A DNA stretch of 64,000 nucleotides from Dehalococcoidia bacterium (GTDB lineage Bacteria > Chloroflexota > Dehalococcoidia > UBA2979), in the NCBI GenBank assembly GCA_020845735.1, contig JADLFF010000017.1, positions 8,704-72,703 of the forward strand, in the 5' to 3' direction. A program made the position numbers and the translations under genes. The first letter of the stretch is position 1, and every line of letters begins with the position of its first letter. Below the pieces are notes generated by a model that had not been told where the DNA came from, did not search any database, and saw only the letters and a program-made list of their open reading frames with translations. Below, piece after piece: positions 18,651 through 26,604 of the stretch.

Positions 18651-18698
18651 CAGGTCCCCTCCTCGCGCCGAGTATATGGGGCGCCTGTGAGGAGCGCC

Positions 18699-20918
18699 TC
18701 AGGCATCGTCCGACGTGGGCAGCCCCAGCGACCGTGCCGGCAGGTCGGTGCGCGCGGACGGGGGAGGCGGAAGCGCCTCGACACGTCGGGCGTCGAGCTC
18801 TCGACTCGTAGGCGCCGGGTACGGCACCCTTGGGTGGTAGACGGCCGCGAGTGCACGCGTGAACGAGTCAGCGACAGCCGCGAGGTCGCGCAGCGAGATG
18901 TCGCAGTCGTCGAACTGGTGCTCCTCGATCCGTTCGCGGATGATCCCCTCGACGATGCCGCGGATCCGCTCCTCCGTGCGGTCGACGCTGGCGCGCACCG
19001 TCGCCTCGGCAGCATCCGCGATCATCACCAGCGCGCTCTCCCGCGAACTCGGCCGGGGCCCGGGATAGCGGAACAGCTCCACGTCCACATCCGGATCAAC
19101 CTCAGCCGCGCGTCGGTAGAAGAAGGTCATGAGTCGGGTGCCGTGGTGCTCGGGGATGAACTGCGTGACCGCCGGGGGCAGTCCGGCGCGGCGCGCCAGC
19201 TCGATGCCCGCAGTGACGTGCTGGTGGATGACCCGGGTGCTCTGCACGGGATCGAGGCCCTCGTGCGGGTTGGCGTCGGGGTGAACGTTCTCGACGAAGA
19301 ACGAGGGCGCGACGAGCTTGCCGACATCGTGGTAGTACGCGCCGACGCGCGCGAGCTGCGCGTTCGCGCCGATGCGGTCGGCGGCACGCTCGGCGAGGTT
19401 GCCCACCAGCACCGCGTGCTGGAACGTGCCGGGCGCCTCGTCCTGCAGCCGCCGCAGCAGCGGATGGCTCAGCTGCGCGAGTTCGAGGAGCCGAATGCGG
19501 GTGATGACGCCAAAGGGCCGGCTGAGCAGCACCATCGCCGCGAGCGTGACCGCTGCAGCGATGAGCCCTCCCGCAGCGGCAGCCCCGAGCAGCCACGGCA
19601 CTTCCATCAGCCCGCGGGCCGGGTTCAGGAGCCAGAACGCGAGCAGGGTGAGCGCGCCCGCGCCGGCTGACGCCATGCCGGCCGCGATGAAGCGCTGCAC
19701 GCGGTCCGTCTGCGCCACTACCAGGACGCCACCGAGCGACGTCGCGGCTGAGTAGAGCACGAGCCGGATCGCGTCCTGAACGAGCAGCGGCCCGTTCTCG
19801 GCAGGGATGTTCGTCGACACGAAGCCGAGGCCCACGGCGATCGTCACGGCCACCATCAGCGCGCTCAGGGTGTCGAGGAGCACGGCGGCGGTCATCGCAG
19901 CGGCGGCAAAGGGGAGCGCCGTCCACAGGTAGTGGTTGGACTCGTCTGGCACCATGAACGGGAGCGCGACTCGGAAAGCCGCGAACGGCACGCCGAGCAG
20001 GACCGCGGCCAGCGCGAGGTGCAACAGACGGCGCAAGCCGAGCGGGCGCACCACGAAGAGGAACCCGCCCCACATCAGTCCCATCAGCGCGCTGATCGTC
20101 GCGGTTGCAAGGACCGCCGAGACGGAGAGCGCGCGCGATCGCAGGCCGAGCCAGTCCAATCGCTCGATGTCCAGCTCTGTGAGGGCGCTCCCCCGCCTGG
20201 CGACCACCTCGTTTGCCGCAATCGACACCGTGACCGGCTCGACGGCGCCGACGGCCTCGGCACGCTGGGCCGCCGTGCGTTCGCGGTCAACGGAGAGCGT
20301 CTCGACGACGAACGGGGCGACCAGCTCGACCGTGGCGCCGGTGAGGTCAGGACCGAGCTCCGGCTGCAACATCGAGGCCAGCTGCTCGCGCTGCGCGTCG
20401 ACCTCCGCGCCGCTGGCGAGCGGCACCGCGAGCACTCGTCCGAGCACGGCCCGCGCCTGCTCCGCCACCACACGCCACTGGGCATCCGAGGCGACGACGA
20501 GCGCCGCCGCGCTCCGCTCCGAGAGGAGGTCCTCGCCGAACGCCCGGATCGCCGACTCGCGAGCCGCCGACGAGAGCGTGACGTCCCGCCGCACGACATC
20601 GATGCGCTCCAGCCGGCGGTCGAGGTCCGACAGCCGCCTTGCCCGGATGGCCGGGTCGAAGACGCGGACGTCCGCCACCGCCGCCGCTGCCCGGTCCCGC
20701 TGCTGCTGGGTGAGCACCTCCGAGACGTAGGTCACGTCTCGCGGCGCGTGCACGTCGACTCCGGGAATAGTCCCCACCTCGAAGCGGTGGATCCCGGGGA
20801 ACCACGGGTACAGGCCGGCAAAGGCAGCCCAGCCCACGATGAGCCCGAAGAGGATGGCGCGATCGCGGACCGGAAGGGCTGTGATGCGGACCGTAGGCCG
20901 ACTCCGAAGTGCGCTCAC
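18699..20918 (-). CDS. 7TM receptor with intracellular HD hydrolase (PgpH/YqfF-like; cyclic-di-AMP phosphodiesterase family)
   Basis: Extracellular N-domain, 7 predicted TM helices, C-terminal HD domain (YHDVGKL...PEHHGT). Confidence 0.7.
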   Translation of the reverse strand: MSALRSRPTVRITALPVRDRAILFGLIVGWAAFAGLYPWFPGIHRFEVGTIPGVDVHAPRDVTYVSEVLTQQQRDRAAAAVADVRVFDPAIRARRLSDLDRRLERIDVVRRDVTLSSAARESAIRAFGEDLLSERSAAALVVASDAQWRVVAEQARAVLGRVLAVPLASGAEVDAQREQLASMLQPELGPDLTGATVELVAPFVVETLSVDRERTAAQRAEAVGAVEPVTVSIAANEVVARRGSALTELDIERLDWLGLRSRALSVSAVLATATISALMGLMWGGFLFVVRPLGLRRLLHLALAAVLLGVPFAAFRVALPFMVPDESNHYLWTALPFAAAAMTAAVLLDTLSALMVAVTIAVGLGFVSTNIPAENGPLLVQDAIRLVLYSAATSLGGVLVVAQTDRVQRFIAAGMASAGAGALTLLAFWLLNPARGLMEVPWLLGAAAAGGLIAAAVTLAAMVLLSRPFGVITRIRLLELAQLSHPLLRRLQDEAPGTFQHAVLVGNLAERAADRIGANAQLARVGAYYHDVGKLVAPSFFVENVHPDANPHEGLDPVQSTRVIHQHVTAGIELARRAGLPPAVTQFIPEHHGTRLMTFFYRRAAEVDPDVDVELFRYPGPRPSSRESALVMIADAAEATVRASVDRTEERIRGIVEGIIRERIEEHQFDDCDISLRDLAAVADSFTRALAAVYHPRVPYPAPTSRELDARRVEALPPPPSARTDLPARSLGLPTSDDA

Positions 20919-20951
20919 CGTGCTGGTACGTCCGAATCGAACTCCGAGGCC

Positions 20952-21395
20952 TTACCGGCCCGCGAGGATCTCGCGAACGACCTCGTTGGCACGACGGCCA
21001 TCCGCCCGATCACCCAGGCGCTTCAGCAGCGGCCCCATGACCTTCCCGATGTCACCAGGCCCCGAGGCCTGCACCTCGGCGACGACGGCGGCCGCGGCCG
21101 TCCGTAACTCGTCGTCCGAGAGCGCCGCCGGCAGGTACTGCTCGATGAACTCGAGCTCCGCCTGCTCCTGCGCCACGAGATCCGGCCGGTTGCCGCGCTG
21201 GTACTCCTCGATGGAGTCGCGTCGCTGCCGCGCCTCACGCCGCAGCACGCGGAGCACTTCCTCGTCGGTGAGTTCATGCTGAGCGGCAATCCGGGCGTTG
21301 TCGACGGCGGCGATGATGAGCCTGAGCGTGTCGCGGCGGAACGAGTCACGCGCGCGAACGGCCTCGGTCAGCTCCGCTCGAAAAGTCTCCGTCAT
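20952..21395 (-). CDS. yqeY: GatB/YqeY domain protein
   Basis: YqeY family similarity (DSFRRDTLRLIIAAVDN...). Firmicute-type rpsU-yqeY adjacency. Confidence 0.7.
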   Translation of the reverse strand: MTETFRAELTEAVRARDSFRRDTLRLIIAAVDNARIAAQHELTDEEVLRVLRREARQRRDSIEEYQRGNRPDLVAQEQAELEFIEQYLPAALSDDELRTAAAAVVAEVQASGPGDIGKVMGPLLKRLGDRADGRRANEVVREILAGR

Positions 21396-21439
21396 GCCCA
21401 ACGTGGCGCTCCCCGCGGACCCTCGATGACGGGCGACAT

Positions 21440-21487
21440 TGTCTCAGAAAGCGCAGAAAGAACGAGCCCCGGCTGGACCGGGGCTCG
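21440..21487 (-). terminator. intrinsic terminator after rpsU (9-bp stem gagccccgg/ccggggctc followed by GUUCUUUCUGCGCUUUCUG)
   Basis: Seen directly on the minus strand between rpsU and yqeY. Confidence 0.55.
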
Positions 21488-21494
21488 AGATGAC

Positions 21495-21716
21495 CTAGCG
21501 CGCGTATCCGCGCTGCGTACGCTGCTCTTGCCGGCGTTCGGCCTTGCGCATCTTCCGCTTGCGTGCGGCTTCCTTCTTCTTGCGTCGTTCCGACGGCTTC
21601 TCGTAGTACTCGTGGCGTCGAGCATCGGTGAGCACGCCCTCCGCCTGCACGCGCTTGTTGAACCGCTTGAGCGCGGAGTCGATGGATTCGGAGTCGCCGA
21701 CAAAGATTTCAGTCAC
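21495..21716 (-). CDS. rpsU: 30S ribosomal protein S21
   Basis: MTEIFVGDSESIDSALKRFNKRVQAEGVLTDARRHEYYEKPSERRKK... is canonical S21. Confidence 0.85.
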   Translation of the reverse strand: MTEIFVGDSESIDSALKRFNKRVQAEGVLTDARRHEYYEKPSERRKKKEAARKRKMRKAERRQEQRTQRGYAR

Positions 21717-21793
21717 GGATGCTCGTCAAGTCCTACCGCAGTTCAGGTCGTTCCGGTTCCAGAGTACGTTCGCCGAACGAAGACCGTCAAACG

Positions 21794-21949
21794 CTAGTCC
21801 GCGGACGGCAGGACCTTCGGCTGGAGCTCCTCCATCCCGCGGCCGTCAACGTTGAGGTTGACGTCGGCGGGCTTCTCGCCGGGCTTGATGCAGAGCACCT
21901 CTATGTTGGTCAGCTCATCGCGATAGCGCTTGCCGAGTGCAACAGCCAT
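21794..21949 (-). CDS. small ORF, 51 aa (MAVALGKRYRDELTNIEVLCIKPGEKPADVNLNVDGRGMEELQPKVLPSAD), unknown function
   Basis: Below the ORF-track size cutoff; found by reading the minus strand. ATG preceded by an AGGGGG RBS. Coordinates approximate, within 2 nt. Confidence 0.3.
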   Translation of the reverse strand: MAVALGKRYRDELTNIEVLCIKPGEKPADVNLNVDGRGMEELQPKVLPSAD

Positions 21950-21960
21950 GTCGCTACCCC

Positions 21961-22077
21961 CTAGGCCTGTTCGAGCGCCGTGGTGCCGCAGCGCAGCTCC
22001 CCGTCGCCCCCGCGTGTCACGATGAACTCCGCGCCACAGTCAGGGCAGCGGTACCGCTTTCCTGTCTCCGTCGGCAT
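21961..22077 (-). CDS. small ORF, 38 aa zinc-ribbon-like (MPTETGKRYRCPDCGAEFIVTRGGDGELRCGTTALEQA)
   Basis: Found by manual translation. GGAGG RBS 9 nt upstream. A TAGAAT -10-like box lies about 35 nt upstream. Shares the GKRYR motif with the next small ORF. Confidence 0.3.
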   Translation of the reverse strand: MPTETGKRYRCPDCGAEFIVTRGGDGELRCGTTALEQA

Positions 22078-22161
22078 CTCTCACCCCCTCCGCACAAGCA
22101 GAAACTACGTCGATTCTATCCGGATGCGAACGCGGCCGGTTCCCGGTGTCGGTCTGACGGC

Positions 22162-23118
22162 TTACGGATTCACCGTCTTGATGTAGGTCACCAGGTTCTG
22201 GACGTCTTCGTCGCTGAGGCTCGCCGTGGTCTTCCACGCGGGCATCGCCGTCCCCGGTCGACCGTTCGCGATGGTGTTCGCGTAGAACTCGTCAGCCTGC
22301 GTCAGCCGCGCCGGGGTGAGGGCGGGGCCCACACCACCCTGGCGGTTCTGGCCGTGGCACACGGCGCAGTTCGCCCTGAAGAAGTCCGCCACCGCGATGC
22401 CCTTGACCGCCGGGCCGCTCACCGGCCCCTTGCCCTTCGACGTCGCTACGCCCTCAACCGGAGCGGAGCCCTTCGGGACGAACGGGTCGCGGACACGGAA
22501 TTCCGCAGCGGTCGTGCCCGTGTACTGCCCGCAGTTCGCCTCGGTGACGGTCAGCGTGGGGACATCGGCCAGCTTCACGAGCGTGGCTTCGGTGTCCTTC
22601 TGGAACGCCTCGGCGTGGTCGTGGATGTCCGGGTACACCTCTTCGAGGTGCTCGTCGCTGATCTCGTTGTAGATCTCCCACGCGCCGGGTGTCGTCAGGA
22701 GCGTCACCAGCTGGTCGATCTTCGTGTCGGACAGCGGGCCGCCGTAGCGCTCCGCCCACGTCGGCATGGGCGAGCCGGTGCGACCGCACGCGATCGTGGT
22801 GCGGAGGAACGTGCGAATCTTGGCCGCGTCGCCGGCCGGCGTCGCCTCGAAGTCCTGGTTGTGCTCGTCGATGATCAGGAACGAGTCGTTGTGCAGCACG
22901 GGCGCGAACGCGCCCTCCTCGGAGCCCTTGCCGGTCATCCCGTGGCAGCTGCGGCAGTTGTTCACGAACATCTTCGAGCCGCGCACGATGTCGCGCTCGA
23001 GGATCTCCTCGCGCGCCGCCTCCATCCGGTTGCCCTCGTTGATGGCGTATGCGGCGAGCACCAGGACGAGCAGGCCCAGCAGCCCAATCATGGCGTTGAC
23101 CTGCTTGCTCGTGTTCAT
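22162..23118 (-). CDS. membrane-anchored diheme c-type cytochrome (two CxxCH: CRSCH, CAVCH), cytochrome c subunit of a bc/b6c complex
   Basis: N-terminal TM anchor, two haem-binding motifs with downstream Met ligands; last gene of the Rieske/cytochrome b operon. Confidence 0.8.
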   Translation of the reverse strand: MNTSKQVNAMIGLLGLLVLVLAAYAINEGNRMEAAREEILERDIVRGSKMFVNNCRSCHGMTGKGSEEGAFAPVLHNDSFLIIDEHNQDFEATPAGDAAKIRTFLRTTIACGRTGSPMPTWAERYGGPLSDTKIDQLVTLLTTPGAWEIYNEISDEHLEEVYPDIHDHAEAFQKDTEATLVKLADVPTLTVTEANCGQYTGTTAAEFRVRDPFVPKGSAPVEGVATSKGKGPVSGPAVKGIAVADFFRANCAVCHGQNRQGGVGPALTPARLTQADEFYANTIANGRPGTAMPAWKTTASLSDEDVQNLVTYIKTVNP

Positions 23119-23170
23119 CAGCGCGCCTTATCCCTCGAGAGAGCGTTCACCGAATCCGACCCGACGCCGC

Positions 23171-23815
23171 CTAGACCTTCGTGGCGCGCTCGGGGTTCTC
23201 TGGGCCACCCGGTAGGCGCTGTCCGGTCTGCACGACGATGTTGCCCGCGCCGTCGATCTCCACCGCCATGGTGTCCATGGAGCGAGGGGCGGGGCCGAAG
23301 ACTCGAACGCCTGCCTTGGTGTACGTCGAGCCGTGACACGGGCAACGGAACCAGCCGTTGTCGTCGTTGTAGCTGAACCCGGGACGCCAGGGCACAGAAC
23401 ACCCGAGGTGCGGACACTTCCGCCAGAGGGCGAGGATGCCGTCACCGCCGCCGGAGCCACCGGGCCGGGTCTCCGCAGGGTCCAGGTTCACGAGGAAAAA
23501 CTGGCCGATCGGGAATTCCTTCGGAGCCCCACCCTTCGGCAGTTCGGTCACCTTGCCGGCAGGCACCGGGCCACCGAATCCCGTGACCCCTCGCGGGTAG
23601 AGGAAGTCGACCAGAACTCCGACCGAGCCCGCGAGCATCGTGCCGAGACCGGCCCAGAAGTTGAGGAGGATGAAGCGGCGCCGAGTGAGATCGGGCAGCC
23701 GTCGCGCGGCCGCCGCCGAGGGCAGCGTCGCGCCACCCGCGAGCTGCGTTCGCCGGGTGGCGATCGCCTGCTGCCACGAGCCTCCGACATCGCCCCCCTG
23801 GGGCTGATTGGTCAT
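23171..23815 (-). CDS. Rieske [2Fe-2S] iron-sulfur protein with Tat signal
   Basis: RRRFIL twin-arginine motif plus TM helix. CPHLGC...CPCHGS Rieske boxes. Confidence 0.85.
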   Translation of the reverse strand: MTNQPQGGDVGGSWQQAIATRRTQLAGGATLPSAAAARRLPDLTRRRFILLNFWAGLGTMLAGSVGVLVDFLYPRGVTGFGGPVPAGKVTELPKGGAPKEFPIGQFFLVNLDPAETRPGGSGGGDGILALWRKCPHLGCSVPWRPGFSYNDDNGWFRCPCHGSTYTKAGVRVFGPAPRSMDTMAVEIDGAGNIVVQTGQRLPGGPENPERATKV

Positions 23816-23870
23816 CGATGACCCCCTCGGTCCGAGTCCGAGCGAAAACGACCAGCCGGTCGTGCGTGTC

Positions 23871-24809
23871 CTACGTAATGACCGGCGGGTTGTCCCACGG
23901 CCAGTAGAGCTCCATCCCGCGACCTCGGAAGGCCGTGCCGATGATGGTCAGCGTGAAGTACACGGCGAGGAAGCCCGAGAACTGGAGGATCATGTGGTCG
24001 CGGCGGGTCTTCGCCCACCCGATCCGCCAGGCGACGATCGACAGCAAAATCGGCAGTCCGACCATCAGCGTCACGGGGATGATCTGCTCGACGATCAGGC
24101 CGGGCACGTTGACGGTGAGGTCGATCGGCTCCTCGGTCAACCCGAGGAGGTCCGTCCTCAGCAGGTAATCGCCCAGCGGGATGCGGCGCAGGCCGTCGGG
24201 AATCGGGGAGTACGCGCTCGTGTCGAGCCAGCCCTGGAAGTCACGCGCGCTCTTGAACCAGTTGAGGCTCGTCGGCCAGCTGCCCGCACCAAAGATCATC
24301 TGGTAGACCTGCACGTGCTTGGCGGCATCCCAGAGGATCAGGATCAGCGAGCCGATGGAGCCGACCCAGGCGCCCAGCTTGACGAGGCGGCCGCCTCCGG
24401 GCGTCGATACCCACTCCCCCTGGCCCTCGTTCGAGTTGTCGTAGAAGGGGATCGCGCCGATCGCGATGAGGGCGACCGTCGGCACGATGACGCCGGCGAG
24501 CGCCGGGTTCATGTGCAGCAGCAGCTCCTGCAGGTTGAGGAAGTACCACGGCGCCTTCGAGGGGTTCGGCGTGTTGGCCGGGTTCGCGCGGTCCTGCAGC
24601 GGCGAGTTAATCGCGATCGACAGGAGCGTGAACATCAGCGTGAAGACCAGCGCCGAGATGAACTCGATGAATACGAGGTCCGGCCAGACGAGGAGCTCCT
24701 CCTCGCGTTGGCGTCGGGCGCGGCCGCGTACGGCGGCGGAGGCAGCAGTTGCGGCATCGGTTGCCACGGCGAGCCCCTTCCTACAGCGGCCGCGCGAGTC
24801 CGCCGTCAC
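23871..24809 (-). CDS. cytochrome b C-terminal domain protein (b6f subunit IV / PetD-like) with extended C-terminus
   Basis: PEWY-like region (KAPWYFLNLQELL) and 3 or more TM helices. Start uncertain: the ORF-track start overlaps the cyt b6 stop by 29 nt; an alternative GTG lies near 24767. Confidence 0.7.
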   Translation of the reverse strand: MTADSRGRCRKGLAVATDAATAASAAVRGRARRQREEELLVWPDLVFIEFISALVFTLMFTLLSIAINSPLQDRANPANTPNPSKAPWYFLNLQELLLHMNPALAGVIVPTVALIAIGAIPFYDNSNEGQGEWVSTPGGGRLVKLGAWVGSIGSLILILWDAAKHVQVYQMIFGAGSWPTSLNWFKSARDFQGWLDTSAYSPIPDGLRRIPLGDYLLRTDLLGLTEEPIDLTVNVPGLIVEQIIPVTLMVGLPILLSIVAWRIGWAKTRRDHMILQFSGFLAVYFTLTIIGTAFRGRGMELYWPWDNPPVIT

Positions 24810-25536
24810 GACGGATTCGCCAGAAGTGGACGGTCATGAACGTTGCCGCGAGGAGCGGGAAGCCGATCACGTGCAGCGTGTAGAACCGGACGAGCGCCGC
24901 AGGACCCACCTCGAAGCCACCGATGAGCACGAACTGCTGAGGCGGACCGAGGATGGGCGCCGAGCCGACCATGTTCGTGCCCACGGTGATGGCCCAGAGG
25001 GACAGCTCGTCCCACGGAAGGAGATAGCCCGTGAACGAGAGCATCAGCGTGAGGACCAGGAGGACGACTCCGACGATCCAGTTGAACTCGCGAGGCGGCT
25101 TGTAGGCGCCGGTGTAGAACACGCGCATCATGTGCAGCAGCACCATCAGCACCATGCCGTGCGCCATCCATCGATGCATGTTGCGCATCAGGAAGCCGAA
25201 CCGAACATTCGTCTGGATGTTCTGGATGTCCTGGTACGCGCGTTCAACGGACGGCACGTAGTAGAACATCAGGAGCACGCCGGTAATCGTCAGTCCGATG
25301 AACAGGAAGAACGACAGACCGCCAAGACAGAACGTGTGCGTGATCTTGACGTGCGTGCGGTGGATACGCGTCGGGTGCAGGTGCAGGAAGACGTTGGTCG
25401 CGATGGCGAGCATCTGATTCCGAGGCGTGTTCGGATAGCCGGAGCGGAAGATCGCCTGCCACAACACGTTGTGGAAGACGATGTCGTAGATCCGGTCACC
25501 CAGCCCACGCGCCTCAGGTCGTTCAGAAGTTGCCAT
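24781..25536 (-). CDS. cytochrome b6 (cytochrome b N-terminal domain, four TM helices with haem-ligand His pairs)
   Basis: PetB/QcrB-like sequence ...HRWMAHGMVLMVLLHMMRVFYTGAYKPPREFNW..., His ligands in helices B and D. Confidence 0.85.
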   Translation of the reverse strand: MATSERPEARGLGDRIYDIVFHNVLWQAIFRSGYPNTPRNQMLAIATNVFLHLHPTRIHRTHVKITHTFCLGGLSFFLFIGLTITGVLLMFYYVPSVERAYQDIQNIQTNVRFGFLMRNMHRWMAHGMVLMVLLHMMRVFYTGAYKPPREFNWIVGVVLLVLTLMLSFTGYLLPWDELSLWAITVGTNMVGSAPILGPPQQFVLIGGFEVGPAALVRFYTLHVIGFPLLAATFMTVHFWRIRRDGGLARPL

Positions 25537-25580
25537 CTAGTACCCCCACGGAGCCCGATATCGTCCTGCTCGCGCAGGCC

Positions 25581-25688
25581 TCAGGACTCCCACCACTTCC
25601 CGAGCAGTGTCATGATGGCCAGGCCCGAGAACATCGCGATGAGGACACCGACGAGTTCAAGCGTCTCTCCCACTTCGCCAAAGATCAT
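25581..25688 (-). CDS. small ORF, 35 aa single-TM peptide (MIFGEVGETLELVGVLIAMFSGLAIMTLLGKWWES), candidate small subunit of the b6c complex
   Basis: Not in the ORF track (too short). ATG with an AGGGGG RBS, 45 nt upstream of cytochrome b6 on the same strand. Confidence 0.35.
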   Translation of the reverse strand: MIFGEVGETLELVGVLIAMFSGLAIMTLLGKWWES

Positions 25689-25812
25689 GGGAGCCCCCTG
25701 TTCGAGCGACGCAGCGCCAGCCATGGGCGCAGGCACAGCGCCGGTTTGTGCAGTTTCGCACGGGCGAGCGCGATGCTAGCGGCGCTCGAAACCTTGAGTC
25801 AAGGAAGGACGA

Positions 25813-26559
25813 TCAGGACAGCGCTGGACTCTTGCTCCCGCGCATCACGCGAGGGATGCCGTCCCGCCTCAGGCGCCAGACGCCGTGGAGATCCTCCATC
25901 GCGGTCTTGACGATCCGGACGCGCGTGTCGGGATCGTCGGTCCACTTCACGGGGACCTCGCGGAGGCGATAGCCGTTCTTCTGGGCCACCAGCAGCAGCT
26001 CCGAGTCGAAGAACCACTGCGTGTCCTTGACGAGGGGCACCAGCTCCCGTGCCGCCTCGCGGGAGATGGCCTTGAAGCCACACTGGGCATCCGAGACGCG
26101 CAGGCCGGCGGCCACCTTGAGGATCGTGATGTAGGTCCTCGAGATCAGTTCACGCTTCAGTCCGCGCGTCGTCTGGGAGTCGCGGTGGAGTCGCGTTCCG
26201 AACGCGAGGTCCACGTCCCCCTTCGCGATCGGGTCGACCAGGGCCGGCAACGCGCCCAGGTCGGTCGCGAGGTCAACGTCCATGTAGGCGAGCACGTCCG
26301 CCGTCGAGGTGAGCCACGCCGTGCGGAGGGCGATGCCGCGGCCCTTCGTGGGGATATGCAGCGCGACGGCACGGCCCGGCAGATCGCCCTCGAGGCGGCG
26401 CGCGATGGCGAGCGTCCCATCTGTCGAGGCGTTATCGGCCACCACGACGCGCCAGGTGTGCTCGGGGTGGGCATCGCACCAGCTGAGGACGGTGCGCACG
26501 CTCTGCTCGAGCTCACGCTCTTCGTTATAGACGGGAAGGACCAGGTCGACAGTCGCCAT
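25813..26559 (-). CDS. family 2 glycosyltransferase (dolichyl/polyprenyl-phosphate sugar transferase-like)
   Basis: VLPVYNEE...VVADNASTDGT...DVDLATD GT-A motifs (DxD). Confidence 0.75.
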   Translation of the reverse strand: MATVDLVLPVYNEERELEQSVRTVLSWCDAHPEHTWRVVVADNASTDGTLAIARRLEGDLPGRAVALHIPTKGRGIALRTAWLTSTADVLAYMDVDLATDLGALPALVDPIAKGDVDLAFGTRLHRDSQTTRGLKRELISRTYITILKVAAGLRVSDAQCGFKAISREAARELVPLVKDTQWFFDSELLLVAQKNGYRLREVPVKWTDDPDTRVRIVKTAMEDLHGVWRLRRDGIPRVMRGSKSPALS

Positions 26560-26604
26560 GCAGAGATCGTACGTCCGAGGCGGATTACCTGCCTGTGCGC
26601 CGCG

